Part shown: positions 36,165-46,020 of the stretch, piece by piece
Layout: each line of letters opens with the position of its first letter
Position numbering within the stretch: the stretch's first letter is position 1
Sequence record: MK250021.1
Direction: 5' to 3' (one strand)
DNA length: 64,000 nucleotides
Notes under the pieces: generated by a model
Seen by the model: the letters and a program-made list of their open reading frames with translations, nothing else
What the model was told of the DNA's origin: nothing
Database searches by the model: none
Made by a program: the position numbers and the translations under genes

Positions 36165-36611
36165 TTATAAATCTAAATCATATGTATCTAAATTAATCAT
36201 CTATAAATGTAATGTATCATGCTCTTTATCGAATTTCTATTCTATTTTCTTTATTCTTCCTTCAATTTGTGACCAATTTTTATTTGCATGATTTATTGTA
36301 TCTACCATGTGATTAATTACATTTTTTTGTTTAACTACATCATGATGAATATGTTCTAAATCTCTATCCATATCCTATCCATTTTTGAATATAATGTTAC
36401 CAGCACCTTTTAAATTACCGAATGCAGTAATAGCATTTATACCAATTAATGAGTTTTCATCAAAATAATATGCAACAGCTTGTTCACCAGGGGATAAATG
36501 TTTTGACATTAAATTTTGATATGCTTCTTCATAACATACGAATGGATAACGGTTGTATGAATTTATATTTGATTTAGCTGTAGGTAATATTTCGTATTGA
36601 TTGTTATTCAT
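36165..36611 (-). CDS. Hypothetical protein, 148 aa, paralog of 57188 N-domain; code 15
   Basis: Reads through TAG 36375 to TAA 36165. Confidence 0.75.
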
Positions 36612-36683
36612 CTTAATTAAAACTAAACTTTATATATTTATTGAAAAACAATAAATAGAATAAAGGTTTAATATCATAAAATA

Positions 36684-37208
36684 ATGGAAAAAGATATTAT
36701 ATTAGCTAAAGGTAATATATAGAATGTGCTTAAACGAATAGGCGTATATAAAAGTAATTTATTTTGTATAGGTGAAGATGATATAACAAAATCAGGTGTT
36801 ATTGTATGTAACGGTGATATTATTTCTTCACGTATATTAGATATTACTATAAAGGCCGGTGGTGCAACTGGTAGTATGTTATCATATAATTAGAATTATA
36901 TTAATCATATAGATGTAAAATATGTTGATCCTAATGATAAAGATATAAAAACAATGTCATTTAATATACTTGATAATGATGCTTTAATTGAAATTATTAA
37001 GTTTATCACAGAAAAATAGCAAGATAAAGAAAACATCGAAAAAATTGAGAAAAACTAGCTAATTTTTGATGAAAAACTTAAAAAAATCTAGCAATTTTTA
37101 ATCGAAAATAAAACACAGATAGAATGTATTGGAGAATTGAAAAACTAGATTTTAGATATGAATAATAAACTTGATGTTTTACTTACAGAAAGAAGTTTAA
37201 GACATTAA
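36684..37208 (+). CDS. Hypothetical protein with C-terminal coiled coil, 174 aa; code 15
   Basis: ATG 36684 to TAA 37206; several TAG. Confidence 0.7.
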
Positions 37209-37306
37209 TTTAATTTTACAATATAATTTATATGATGAAGAAATAGAATAATAAATTTGTATCATTTTATGATTATAAGAAAAGTAATTCATTAAGATAT
37301 AAATTA

Positions 37307-38176
37307 ATGAATGAAAATATAAAGTATAATTATGAATATACATCCTATAAGAATGAAATGATATAGTTATATGAAGAATATATAAATAGATATTTTTTAA
37401 ATACAAGTATATTTAATCCATATGATAATTATATTGATTCATTAAATGAAGGATTAATTATGTCATATAATTATGATATATTTGCAGAATATCTTGAGAA
37501 ATATTCAGGTATAACGGTATTGGATATTAATTATGTTGATAATAATGATGCAGATACAAAAATGTTATATTTTATTACATATGAAGATGAATATAATAAG
37601 TATAAAGATAAGTTAAAAACGTATATTAATAAATGCGGTTATTTTATTTCATTATTAAATAAGTATACATATCAAGGATTAAAGCTAGTAGATATATAGG
37701 TTGAACCAAAATTTATTGTGGAAGTAACATCAGGTATATATGATAAGTATGATTTAATATATGATAAAGAAAATGATGGTATTAAAAATAAATGTAATGG
37801 TATTTTATATCATATAACTTTGGATGCAAAATATAATAAAATAAAAGATAATGGGTTAATACCAAAATCAGGAAATAAAAAATCTATTCATCCTGAAAGA
37901 ATTTATTTTTATCCATCAAATCTTATAGATAAACCTGATATATCATTAATTTCACAAGCAAAATTTTTATATAAACCTAATGGAAAATATATAAATTCTG
38001 TTATGAAATATGTAACGAAAAAAGGGTTAAAAATAGATATATTAAAAATTGATTTATATAAGTATCAAAATATAAAATATAGATTTTTTCAAGATCCTAA
38101 TCATCCACAAGGAATATTTACATATGAACCTGTACATCCAGAATGTGTAGAATTATATAAATCATTTTATGTTTAA
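37307..38176 (+). CDS. ART-fold (Tpt1/KptA-like) domain protein, 289 aa; code 15
   Basis: Joins track ORFs 37460 and 37718; LYHITL..KIKDNGLIPKS..RIYF; ORF solid, fold tentative. Confidence 0.55.
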
Positions 38177-38298
38177 AATATGAGTAAAGAAACAAATATA
38201 CATTTGAAAGCAATAATATAGGTAATTATATTATTTTTAATTTTAGGAATAATATATTTTATAATAACTTTATAATTCAAAATTAAATCTATTTAAGC

Positions 38299-38805
38299 AT
38301 GGATCGTGGTGAACGACGTTATCGTCAAAAGAAAAAGTGGATTTCTCGTTTAAAGAAATTATGGAATTCACATGTATTTTGGAATTATATTTCTCCTGTA
38401 AAGAAAAAGAAACCAAAATGTATTAGAGAAATGAAAGAACATAGAGCTACATCATGGCAAGATTTTACGAAGGATCATTTTGGTGTATTAGTTAAAAATA
38501 CAGGAACTGTTATGACTGATAATAAACGTTTGGATATTACAGAAGAACATAAGAGAAAAATGCAAAACAGAAAACTTACAAAGGAAGATCAAGAAGAAGT
38601 TGATGAATATCTTGATAGAAAAGAACATCCATATAGGTTTGAAGATTTTTGTTGTAATTGTGATAATTTTCCTGGAGATAGATTATATGAATCTAGAGAA
38701 TACGATGGTAAAGATGTTTGTCCATTTGTAGAAAGATTTAAATCTGGTGAATTAAATGGAGATACAGAATGGCAGAAGTTAGGATGTGAAAGTTTTATTG
38801 ATTAA
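38299..38805 (+). CDS. Hypothetical protein
   Basis: Track ORF; C-terminal CCNC...CPF...C. Confidence 0.8.
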   Translation: MDRGERRYRQKKKWISRLKKLWNSHVFWNYISPVKKKKPKCIREMKEHRATSWQDFTKDHFGVLVKNTGTVMTDNKRLDITEEHKRKMQNRKLTKEDQEEVDEYLDRKEHPYRFEDFCCNCDNFPGDRLYESREYDGKDVCPFVERFKSGELNGDTEWQKLGCESFID

Positions 38806-38903
38806 TTAAATATTATTATAGGTGATTAGCAAATTATAGTTAATCACCTATAACTTTTTATATATTTTCTTATATAATCTTTAACTAATAATATTTTTAA
38901 TTT

Positions 38904-40625
38904 ATGACAATGATGAAAACAGATATTGAAATTTCGCAGAGTGCACAACTTCAAAGTATTGATTATGTATTTGAAAAACTTGTTCCTTATGATGATCGTA
39001 TAAAAAATGGATATATTGAGCAGTACGGTAATTATATGGGTAAAATTCCATTGACATATTTAAAATCAGGAATGGAATGTGCAAATAAACATCTTATTCT
39101 TGTAACTTCAATTAGTCCTACTAAATCTGGTATTGGTAAGACAACTGTAAGTGTAGGATTGAATGATGCACTTAAGAAATTAAAGAAAAATTCCATTGCG
39201 GTATTGAGAGAACCTTCTCTTGGACCATGTTTTGGTATGAAAGGAGGCGCATGTGGAGGTGGTTATTCACAAGTAGTACCAATGGATAAGATTAATCTTC
39301 ATTTCACGGGAGATTTTCATGCAATTACAACAGCAAATAATATGATTGCTTCTGCAATCGATAATTATTTCTATCATAATCCAGAAAAAGAATTAGATAT
39401 AAAGAAAATTACATTTAGACGCTGTTTAGATATTAATGATAGGTCTCTTAGAACTATTTACACAACACAGCGATATGGAAAACTTATTCAAACAGGATTT
39501 GATATTACGCCAGCATCAGAAATGATGGCAATTTTTTGCATGGCATATGATATAGATGATTTACGTAAACGTATTGATAAAATTATCATTGCAGAGCGAG
39601 AAGATGGTAGTTTTATGTATTGTAAAGAATTAGGAATAACCGGTTCAATTGTTGCATTGTTATCAGATGCGATTAAACCTAATTTAGTACAGAGTCTTTA
39701 TAATAATCCTGTTATTATTCATGGTGGTCCATTCGCTAATATTGCACATGGTTGTAATTCAGTTATCGCAACACGTATGGGATTGTCATTATGCGATTAT
39801 GTTGTAACAGAAGCAGGATTCGGTTCAGACCTTGGTGCTGAAAAATTCATTGATATTAAATGTAGAACTGCAGGTTTTTCACCAGATGTTATTGTATTGG
39901 TTGTGGCTATTCCAGGTTTGAAAAATCAAGGTGGTTGTAAAGATATAACAAAGGAAGATACAAGATCACTTGAGATAGGACTCAAGAACCTTGATCAACA
40001 TTTGAATGCACTTAATACATTTGGTTATAAGATTATTGTCACTAATAATGTATATGATACAGATACGCGAAATGAACAGATAATTCTTGAGAATTTCTGT
40101 AAGAGTAGAAAGGTAAAGTGTATTAAGAATACATGCTATGTAGATGGTAGAGATGGAGCATTAAATTTAGCACAAGAAGTTATTGATACCATTGATAATA
40201 CGAAGCATATAGCATTTCCAAATTGGGCATATCAAAAATATGATAATATAAAAGATAAGATTTCAGATCTTTGTGAAAATATTTATGGTATAAATTCAGA
40301 TAATATACGTTATTCATATAAGGCTGAAAAGTTTATTGAGAAATATGATAAGACATATGAGAATTATAAGGATGAATTAATTCAGGAAATTAGTGAATAT
40401 CCTATTTGTATGGCAAAGACACAATATTCATTTTCAGATAATCCATCAGTATTGCCAGTGCCAACACATGATACTACATTTACTATTGATGAAATTAAAA
40501 TTAATAGAGGTGCTGGATTTTTAGTTGTTATTGCAGGTAATATGATGCGAATGCCTGGTTTACCAAAAGAACCAGCAGCAAAGAAAATAGATTATGTTGA
40601 TGGAAAAATTACAGGATTGAATTAA
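38904..40625 (+). CDS. fhs: Formate-tetrahydrofolate ligase
   Basis: SPTKSGIGKTT, LREPSLGP, KGGACGGGYSQV, HGGPFANIAHG, TEAGFGSDLGAEKF, MPGLPKEPAA. Confidence 0.97.
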   Translation: MTMMKTDIEISQSAQLQSIDYVFEKLVPYDDRIKNGYIEQYGNYMGKIPLTYLKSGMECANKHLILVTSISPTKSGIGKTTVSVGLNDALKKLKKNSIAVLREPSLGPCFGMKGGACGGGYSQVVPMDKINLHFTGDFHAITTANNMIASAIDNYFYHNPEKELDIKKITFRRCLDINDRSLRTIYTTQRYGKLIQTGFDITPASEMMAIFCMAYDIDDLRKRIDKIIIAEREDGSFMYCKELGITGSIVALLSDAIKPNLVQSLYNNPVIIHGGPFANIAHGCNSVIATRMGLSLCDYVVTEAGFGSDLGAEKFIDIKCRTAGFSPDVIVLVVAIPGLKNQGGCKDITKEDTRSLEIGLKNLDQHLNALNTFGYKIIVTNNVYDTDTRNEQIILENFCKSRKVKCIKNTCYVDGRDGALNLAQEVIDTIDNTKHIAFPNWAYQKYDNIKDKISDLCENIYGINSDNIRYSYKAEKFIEKYDKTYENYKDELIQEISEYPICMAKTQYSFSDNPSVLPVPTHDTTFTIDEIKINRGAGFLVVIAGNMMRMPGLPKEPAAKKIDYVDGKITGLN

Positions 40626-41710
40626 TGAATGATAAAATAATAGATATAAATGAGTGGTTGAGATGGGTGATTTCCTTACACTCATCTCAAAAACAAATTA
40701 ATACCATAAAACCATATTGGAAATGTAAATCTATGGGAGATTATCTTAAAGTTTTTAAAAACGATATAGGAAAATTTGGTAAGACTATACCGGATATTAA
40801 TGATACTGAATGGATAGATGGTAAATATTCATGGGAGTTAGATAGATTATTTGATATATATAAATTTGTTCCTAATTGTGAACAACTCGCAAAGGTTAAT
40901 ATAGGATATTTTGTATTAAAAGAAACATTAGACAATGATAAATGGAAATATTATATTCAAGTGATAAAACAATATGATAAAGAAGTGAAAGATTATAAAG
41001 GTGGTCCATTTACATTTAGAATTATAATGGTAGACTTTGGTATTTTTAAATTATACGCACGTCAAACAAGAGAATTAGAAGGTGACCATAAACATGTAAT
41101 GTATTCTAATATTAAAAATAAAGAATTAGAGGAACAAAATAAGTTTATTGAATGCTGGAGTGATGATCAATGTATATTCATATCTATACCAGGACTAAAA
41201 ATCAATAAAGATTTAATAAAAGGTAAATCTCAAAAAATTGAATTACAAAAAGAAAAACGTTTATATTGTTTTAATGATAATAATGGAAACAAATATCAAT
41301 TACCAGAATTATATTATCCTACAAATATAAGAACATTTATTGATTATTGTATAGATAAAAAAATATTACCATTTTCAAAAACTGTTAGAATTTGGTCTAA
41401 AACTGATTATTATGAGATATATTCAGACCCTGAAAATAAATCGTTCAAAGATTATATGTCAGAGGACGAAATGTTATATCGTTATCCATTTCCTATGATG
41501 AATATTAAATCAAAAAAAGAAATAAAAGAATATATTAATGATAGGAAGCAAAAACATGCATGGGAAATAAATCGAGGTTTACCAAAAACAGTTACAATAA
41601 ATTATAATATAAATGATATATTCGTACCTATTGATTCAATTACGCAAGATATATGTAATGAATTTATATATAAGATGAATAATAGTAAATTATATGAAAT
41701 AATACAATGA
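40625..41710 (+). CDS. Hypothetical protein
   Basis: Track ORF coupled to fhs. Confidence 0.8.
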   Translation: MNDKIIDINEWLRWVISLHSSQKQINTIKPYWKCKSMGDYLKVFKNDIGKFGKTIPDINDTEWIDGKYSWELDRLFDIYKFVPNCEQLAKVNIGYFVLKETLDNDKWKYYIQVIKQYDKEVKDYKGGPFTFRIIMVDFGIFKLYARQTRELEGDHKHVMYSNIKNKELEEQNKFIECWSDDQCIFISIPGLKINKDLIKGKSQKIELQKEKRLYCFNDNNGNKYQLPELYYPTNIRTFIDYCIDKKILPFSKTVRIWSKTDYYEIYSDPENKSFKDYMSEDEMLYRYPFPMMNIKSKKEIKEYINDRKQKHAWEINRGLPKTVTINYNINDIFVPIDSITQDICNEFIYKMNNSKLYEIIQ

Positions 41711-42201
41711 ATAAGGAATTACAACAATATATACATAAAGCAGATAATTCTCAAAATATAAAGTATTTTGAGAATATGATGAATGCTTTATATAATAAAG
41801 CATATGAATATCGTAAATTAAGAGATGAAGCAATTATATCTAATAAAGATTTGAGAGGAAAATATGTAAGGTTATCAAAAGAACGAGATTATGATAATCC
41901 AGTATATATGCATGTAGTTAATCAGTTCGTTACAAATGATGGTGGTAGAGATAGATACCAAGTATATCTTGAAGGATTAACATTTAGATATAGTGATGCA
42001 ACTATATATTTGGATAATATATGGCAAGAAGTAGATGGATGTAGACAAATTCATTATGATATTCATGAATTTGAAAATCTTCAAGTTAAATATTTAACAG
42101 AAGGAGAATTCAGAAAGTTATATATGGAAATGGTTAGTAATATGGTATCTATTTATGAACATGCAGAAAAGTTAATAAATAATAAAATTTCATCAAAATA
42201 A
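41707..42201 (+). CDS. Hypothetical protein
   Basis: Track ORF, ATGA overlap. Confidence 0.8.
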   Translation: MNKELQQYIHKADNSQNIKYFENMMNALYNKAYEYRKLRDEAIISNKDLRGKYVRLSKERDYDNPVYMHVVNQFVTNDGGRDRYQVYLEGLTFRYSDATIYLDNIWQEVDGCRQIHYDIHEFENLQVKYLTEGEFRKLYMEMVSNMVSIYEHAEKLINNKISSK

Positions 42202-42344
42202 TTTTAGACTTTATTAATATAATTATATATAAAATACATAACGAATGTTAATTATAAGTTAAGTTATTTTAATTATTAAAATTAAAATTAAAAATATTTT
42301 AGACTTTTTTAACATTCTTATGTAAAATATACATAAGATTTTAA

Positions 42345-42755
42345 ATGATTGAATTTCTATATAAAGGACAAAAATGTTTTACTAATAATCTTCCGAAGAA
42401 ATTAAAGAGAATGAAGATTACAGAGAATGATATTGAAATCCTTAGAGAATTTGATGAAACACAGAAGAAAGTAAAACCAGAAGATAATAACAATGAATTT
42501 GATAATTGGACTAAAGTTGTATATTGGGATCCTATTACAAATTATACACATATTGGTTTTACACATGGTATGAATAAACCTGATAAAAATGAATTTTTTA
42601 AAAATTCTAAATGGAATGAAGAAACAAAAACAGGGTTAAAATATTGTACTAAAGAATGGATTGATAATGTTGTTTTGTTAAATGGAATACCTAAATATCC
42701 TATTGTAATAGGTGATGATGGTAAACCTGTGTTAGAAACAAAATATAATTGGTAA
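42345..42755 (+). CDS. Hypothetical protein
   Basis: Track ORF. Confidence 0.8.
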   Translation: MIEFLYKGQKCFTNNLPKKLKRMKITENDIEILREFDETQKKVKPEDNNNEFDNWTKVVYWDPITNYTHIGFTHGMNKPDKNEFFKNSKWNEETKTGLKYCTKEWIDNVVLLNGIPKYPIVIGDDGKPVLETKYNW

Positions 42756-42761
42756 TTATTA

Positions 42762-43523
42762 ATGTCTAAAGATGATTTAGTAAATATACAAGAACAACCA
42801 GGAATTTATATGATTTAGAATGATATAAATAAAAAATGTTATATAGGCTAGAGTATAAATTTACATACAAGATTGTTACATCATATAAATAATTCTATAA
42901 ATAATCGTTATAATGCACCAATATATAGAGCATTTAAAAAATATGGTATAGAAAATTTTTCTGTATATATTTTAAAAAAATTTGATAATCCTATAACTAC
43001 ATATATTAAAGAATAGTTAGATATTTATGAGAAGAAATATATTAATGAATATAATAGTTATGGAAGCACGGGATATAATCAAACAAAAGGTGGTGATGGA
43101 GGTATAGATGGATATAAATTTACTAAAGAACAAAAATTAACAATTTCTAAAAATTCGTATAAAATATAGAATGATGGTAGAAATACAATATATTGTTATG
43201 ATATAAAAAATAATAAATTTATTGAATCAACATCATTATAGGAATTAAAACGATAGTTAAATGTTAATTTTAGAACAGGATGTATTAGAAATTTATTAAT
43301 ATATAATCAATATATTTTATCACGTTCAAAAGATGATTTATTATAGAAAATTAATAAGTATAATAATAAATTATAGGAGTATAATACAAATGGTTGTAGT
43401 AAATTAACTCATGAAATGAAAGATGATATAATTAATAATATATCAGAAAAAGAATTTCTTAGTAAATATAATGTATGTAAATCTACATATTATCATTATA
43501 AAGAAAAATTAAATATATCTTAA
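42762..43523 (+). CDS. GIY-YIG homing endonuclease, 253 aa; code 15
   Basis: PGIYMIQN..KCYIGQS..R, KYGIENF, EKKYI, GYNQTKGG; about 8 TAG; absent from track. Confidence 0.9.
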
Positions 43524-43546
43524 TTGCGTGTATTAAGATATAGTAT

Positions 43547-43618
43547 TGGGGATTAGTATAGTGGTCAGTACAGAGGTCTCTAAAACCTTTAGGCCGAGTT
43601 CGAGTCTCGGATCCCCAA
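43547..43618 (+). tRNA. Amber suppressor tRNA (anticodon CTA), Gln-type
   Basis: TGGGGAT/ATCCCCA acceptor, loop ctCTAaa (43580-82), T arm ccgag-ttcgagt-ctcgg. Confidence 0.95.
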
Positions 43619-43660
43619 CAATTAAATGACATAAGTAATATTTTAAAGATTTGATGAATT

Positions 43661-43945
43661 ATGAAGCAGAAGACAATTATTAAGACAGAATATTACGCAG
43701 ATGATGGTAGAGTATTTAATAATGAGAATGATTGTAAGTTATATGAGGATAAAGTGAAAATTCCAAAGATTGGATTATACTCGGTTATTGATAAGTATGA
43801 CGCTAAATCAGTTGTTAATTATATAGATTTGATTTTAGGACAATATAATGTTATTGGAGATTCATATATTAGAGATACTAAAATTAAAAATATGTTAACA
43901 CATCTTCAAAAACAATTTTCTAGTTATTTACCGGATGAAAAGTAA
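43661..43945 (+). CDS. Hypothetical protein
   Basis: Track ORF. Confidence 0.75.
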   Translation: MKQKTIIKTEYYADDGRVFNNENDCKLYEDKVKIPKIGLYSVIDKYDAKSVVNYIDLILGQYNVIGDSYIRDTKIKNMLTHLQKQFSSYLPDEK

Positions 43946-43991
43946 TATATAAGATGTCTTATTCTATTAAAAATAATAGTGAGATGATTTA

Positions 43992-44210
43992 ATGAATAAG
44001 GAAGATATATTGAAGAATGAATATACAGAAATTGCAGACTTAGCAACAAGAATGATTAATAATGCAAAAGAAGCAGAAGCATTATATAATGAAGTAAAGA
44101 GAATTAATAGTATGCAATTAATAGAAGATAATTTATTTAACCTTCAATTTGTAATGAATTGGCAGGATATTTTGAATAAGGTATCTATTACACAGGTTGA
44201 AGATTGTTAA
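43992..44210 (+). CDS. Hypothetical protein
   Basis: Track ORF. Confidence 0.7.
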   Translation: MNKEDILKNEYTEIADLATRMINNAKEAEALYNEVKRINSMQLIEDNLFNLQFVMNWQDILNKVSITQVEDC

Positions 44211-44217
44211 GAAATAT

Positions 44218-44251
44218 AAAGTCGAGATTATTTTTTAGTCTCGACTTTTTT
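44218..44251 (+). terminator. Intrinsic terminator
   Basis: aaagtcgaga/tctcgacttt plus T run. Confidence 0.75.
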
Positions 44252-44268
44252 AATTAAAATATTTTATG

Positions 44269-44276
44269 TATCTTTG
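44269..44276 (+). promoter_or_regulatory. Bacteroidota sigmaA -7 element
   Basis: TATCTTTG before 44304. Confidence 0.7.
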
Positions 44277-44303
44277 AATTGTTAAATATAAAAATAGAAT
44301 TTT

Positions 44304-45104
44304 ATGAAAGCTAAATCATATATATTTGTACATAATAAAGAAAAATCTACATATAATATTCCAGACGAATATTTTGTAGATAATACAAATCTTAGAATAA
44401 CTCATTTTAATACAGAAAATAGTTATTTTAATATATCTGCATATGGATTTCTTATTAAGAAAGATATTTTTGATAAAGAATGTAAATCATTTTATACATT
44501 AAATCCTGTATCTAAATATACAAATGGTAATATTAATGGAAGACGCATTGCATTTGTAAAAATTAATAAAGAATTACCAAAATATGATTTAACAGGAAAT
44601 GCTATTAAAAGTTCTTTATCTTCAGATAATTGGACAGTTGTAAATGTTATAGATAATACATCAAGATGGACAAGAATTCCAGATGATTGTTATTTACTTA
44701 CACCAAAGTTTAAATCAAGTGGACTTAAAATTCGGTGTTTTGAAAAAGAAGAAGATGCTATTGCTGAATATAATAAAAATGAAGAGAAAAAATCAGCAAA
44801 TAAAAAAGCAAAATGGAACGCAATAAATACGGCGCCAAATAATGGTAATATCAATTTAGCAACACTTAAATATAAAGTTGAACGAATTCATATAAAGACA
44901 AATTATTTGAAGGATGTTCATGAAGGTGATATTATATATGGCGTTATTTCTGTATTAGAGAATGGTAAGAATAAACTTAATGTATCATCTCATTATGCAA
45001 ATTATGTAGATGTATATGTTAATGATAAATTATATAAAACAGTTCCCATGAATGTATTTGGAGATTTACTTTCAAAACATTTACAATTATCTGTTTTTGT
45101 TTAA
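44304..45104 (+). CDS. Hypothetical protein
   Basis: Track ORF. Confidence 0.8.
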   Translation: MKAKSYIFVHNKEKSTYNIPDEYFVDNTNLRITHFNTENSYFNISAYGFLIKKDIFDKECKSFYTLNPVSKYTNGNINGRRIAFVKINKELPKYDLTGNAIKSSLSSDNWTVVNVIDNTSRWTRIPDDCYLLTPKFKSSGLKIRCFEKEEDAIAEYNKNEEKKSANKKAKWNAINTAPNNGNINLATLKYKVERIHIKTNYLKDVHEGDIIYGVISVLENGKNKLNVSSHYANYVDVYVNDKLYKTVPMNVFGDLLSKHLQLSVFV

Positions 45105-45130
45105 TTAATAATCTTAAAAATAATTTTAAT

Positions 45131-45433
45131 ATGAAATTTTCAACATATATTAATAATATAATAGATGCAATATTTTTTCCGAATTTTCTTATTGAAGAAC
45201 GGGAAGATAATAAGAAATTAAATGAATCATATGAAAATTATATCAAATCAGTTAATGATTATGGTGATTCAGGATGGAAAGAAGCAACTAAATATGCGAA
45301 GTTAGTAGATAATTTAAGTTATCAACTAGATGTATTAGCAAGGGATTATAAGAATTTAACAAATATAAATAGAGATTTAAAAAGAAAATTAGAACGGTAT
45401 TATAAAACAGGAAAAAATTCTAAGAAAAAGTAA
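45131..45433 (+). CDS. Hypothetical coiled-coil protein
   Basis: Track ORF. Confidence 0.7.
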   Translation: MKFSTYINNIIDAIFFPNFLIEEREDNKKLNESYENYIKSVNDYGDSGWKEATKYAKLVDNLSYQLDVLARDYKNLTNINRDLKRKLERYYKTGKNSKKK

Positions 45434-45474
45434 ACTATTTTATATTTCTTATATATAAATAATATAATTATTAA

Positions 45475-45881
45475 GGGGATGAATTTGGATTTGCTTATTA
45501 ATTATGTGGTAATAAATCGTGTAGGAAAGTTAATAGCCTTTTGTAGTAATACAAAGAAACTTAGCAAATAAATTTAAATGACGACGAAATAGAATTTCGT
45601 ATGGCAGCTTAATCCTGATAGGATTGGTAATATACACCCATTGAAGCATTTGCTCCTTATACGGTAAGTTTGAGCATTGCCACGGAGTTCGTAAGAGTGA
45701 TAATCTCTGTTAAATAAAACTCTTACATATACTTATTCATTGTCCAATAAGAGTGATTATGACATTAAACTGTTTAACTCTAATAACACAGATATAAATG
45801 AAAACTAATAAAGACATACGCACGTAGATAGTTTATTATTGACATGTTAGTAATACGTGGTTTCGAGTACCACCATCTCCA
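45475..45881 (+). ncRNA. ssrA: tmRNA
   Basis: GGGGATG/CATCTCC acceptor with G3.U70, GGATTTG, T arm gtggt-ttcgagt-accac, tag ORF 45580-45612 DDEIEFRMAA-TAA. Confidence 0.92.
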
Positions 45882-46020
45882 CATTTTTAGATTATATTTC
45901 ATAATATAGAATTTTTAATTGTTTAATTTTGTAAATGAGTTGTATGTTTAGATAAACATATGACTCATTTTTTTGTATAATAATAAATAAGATAATAAAA
46001 CTAAATATAAGCATAAATAT

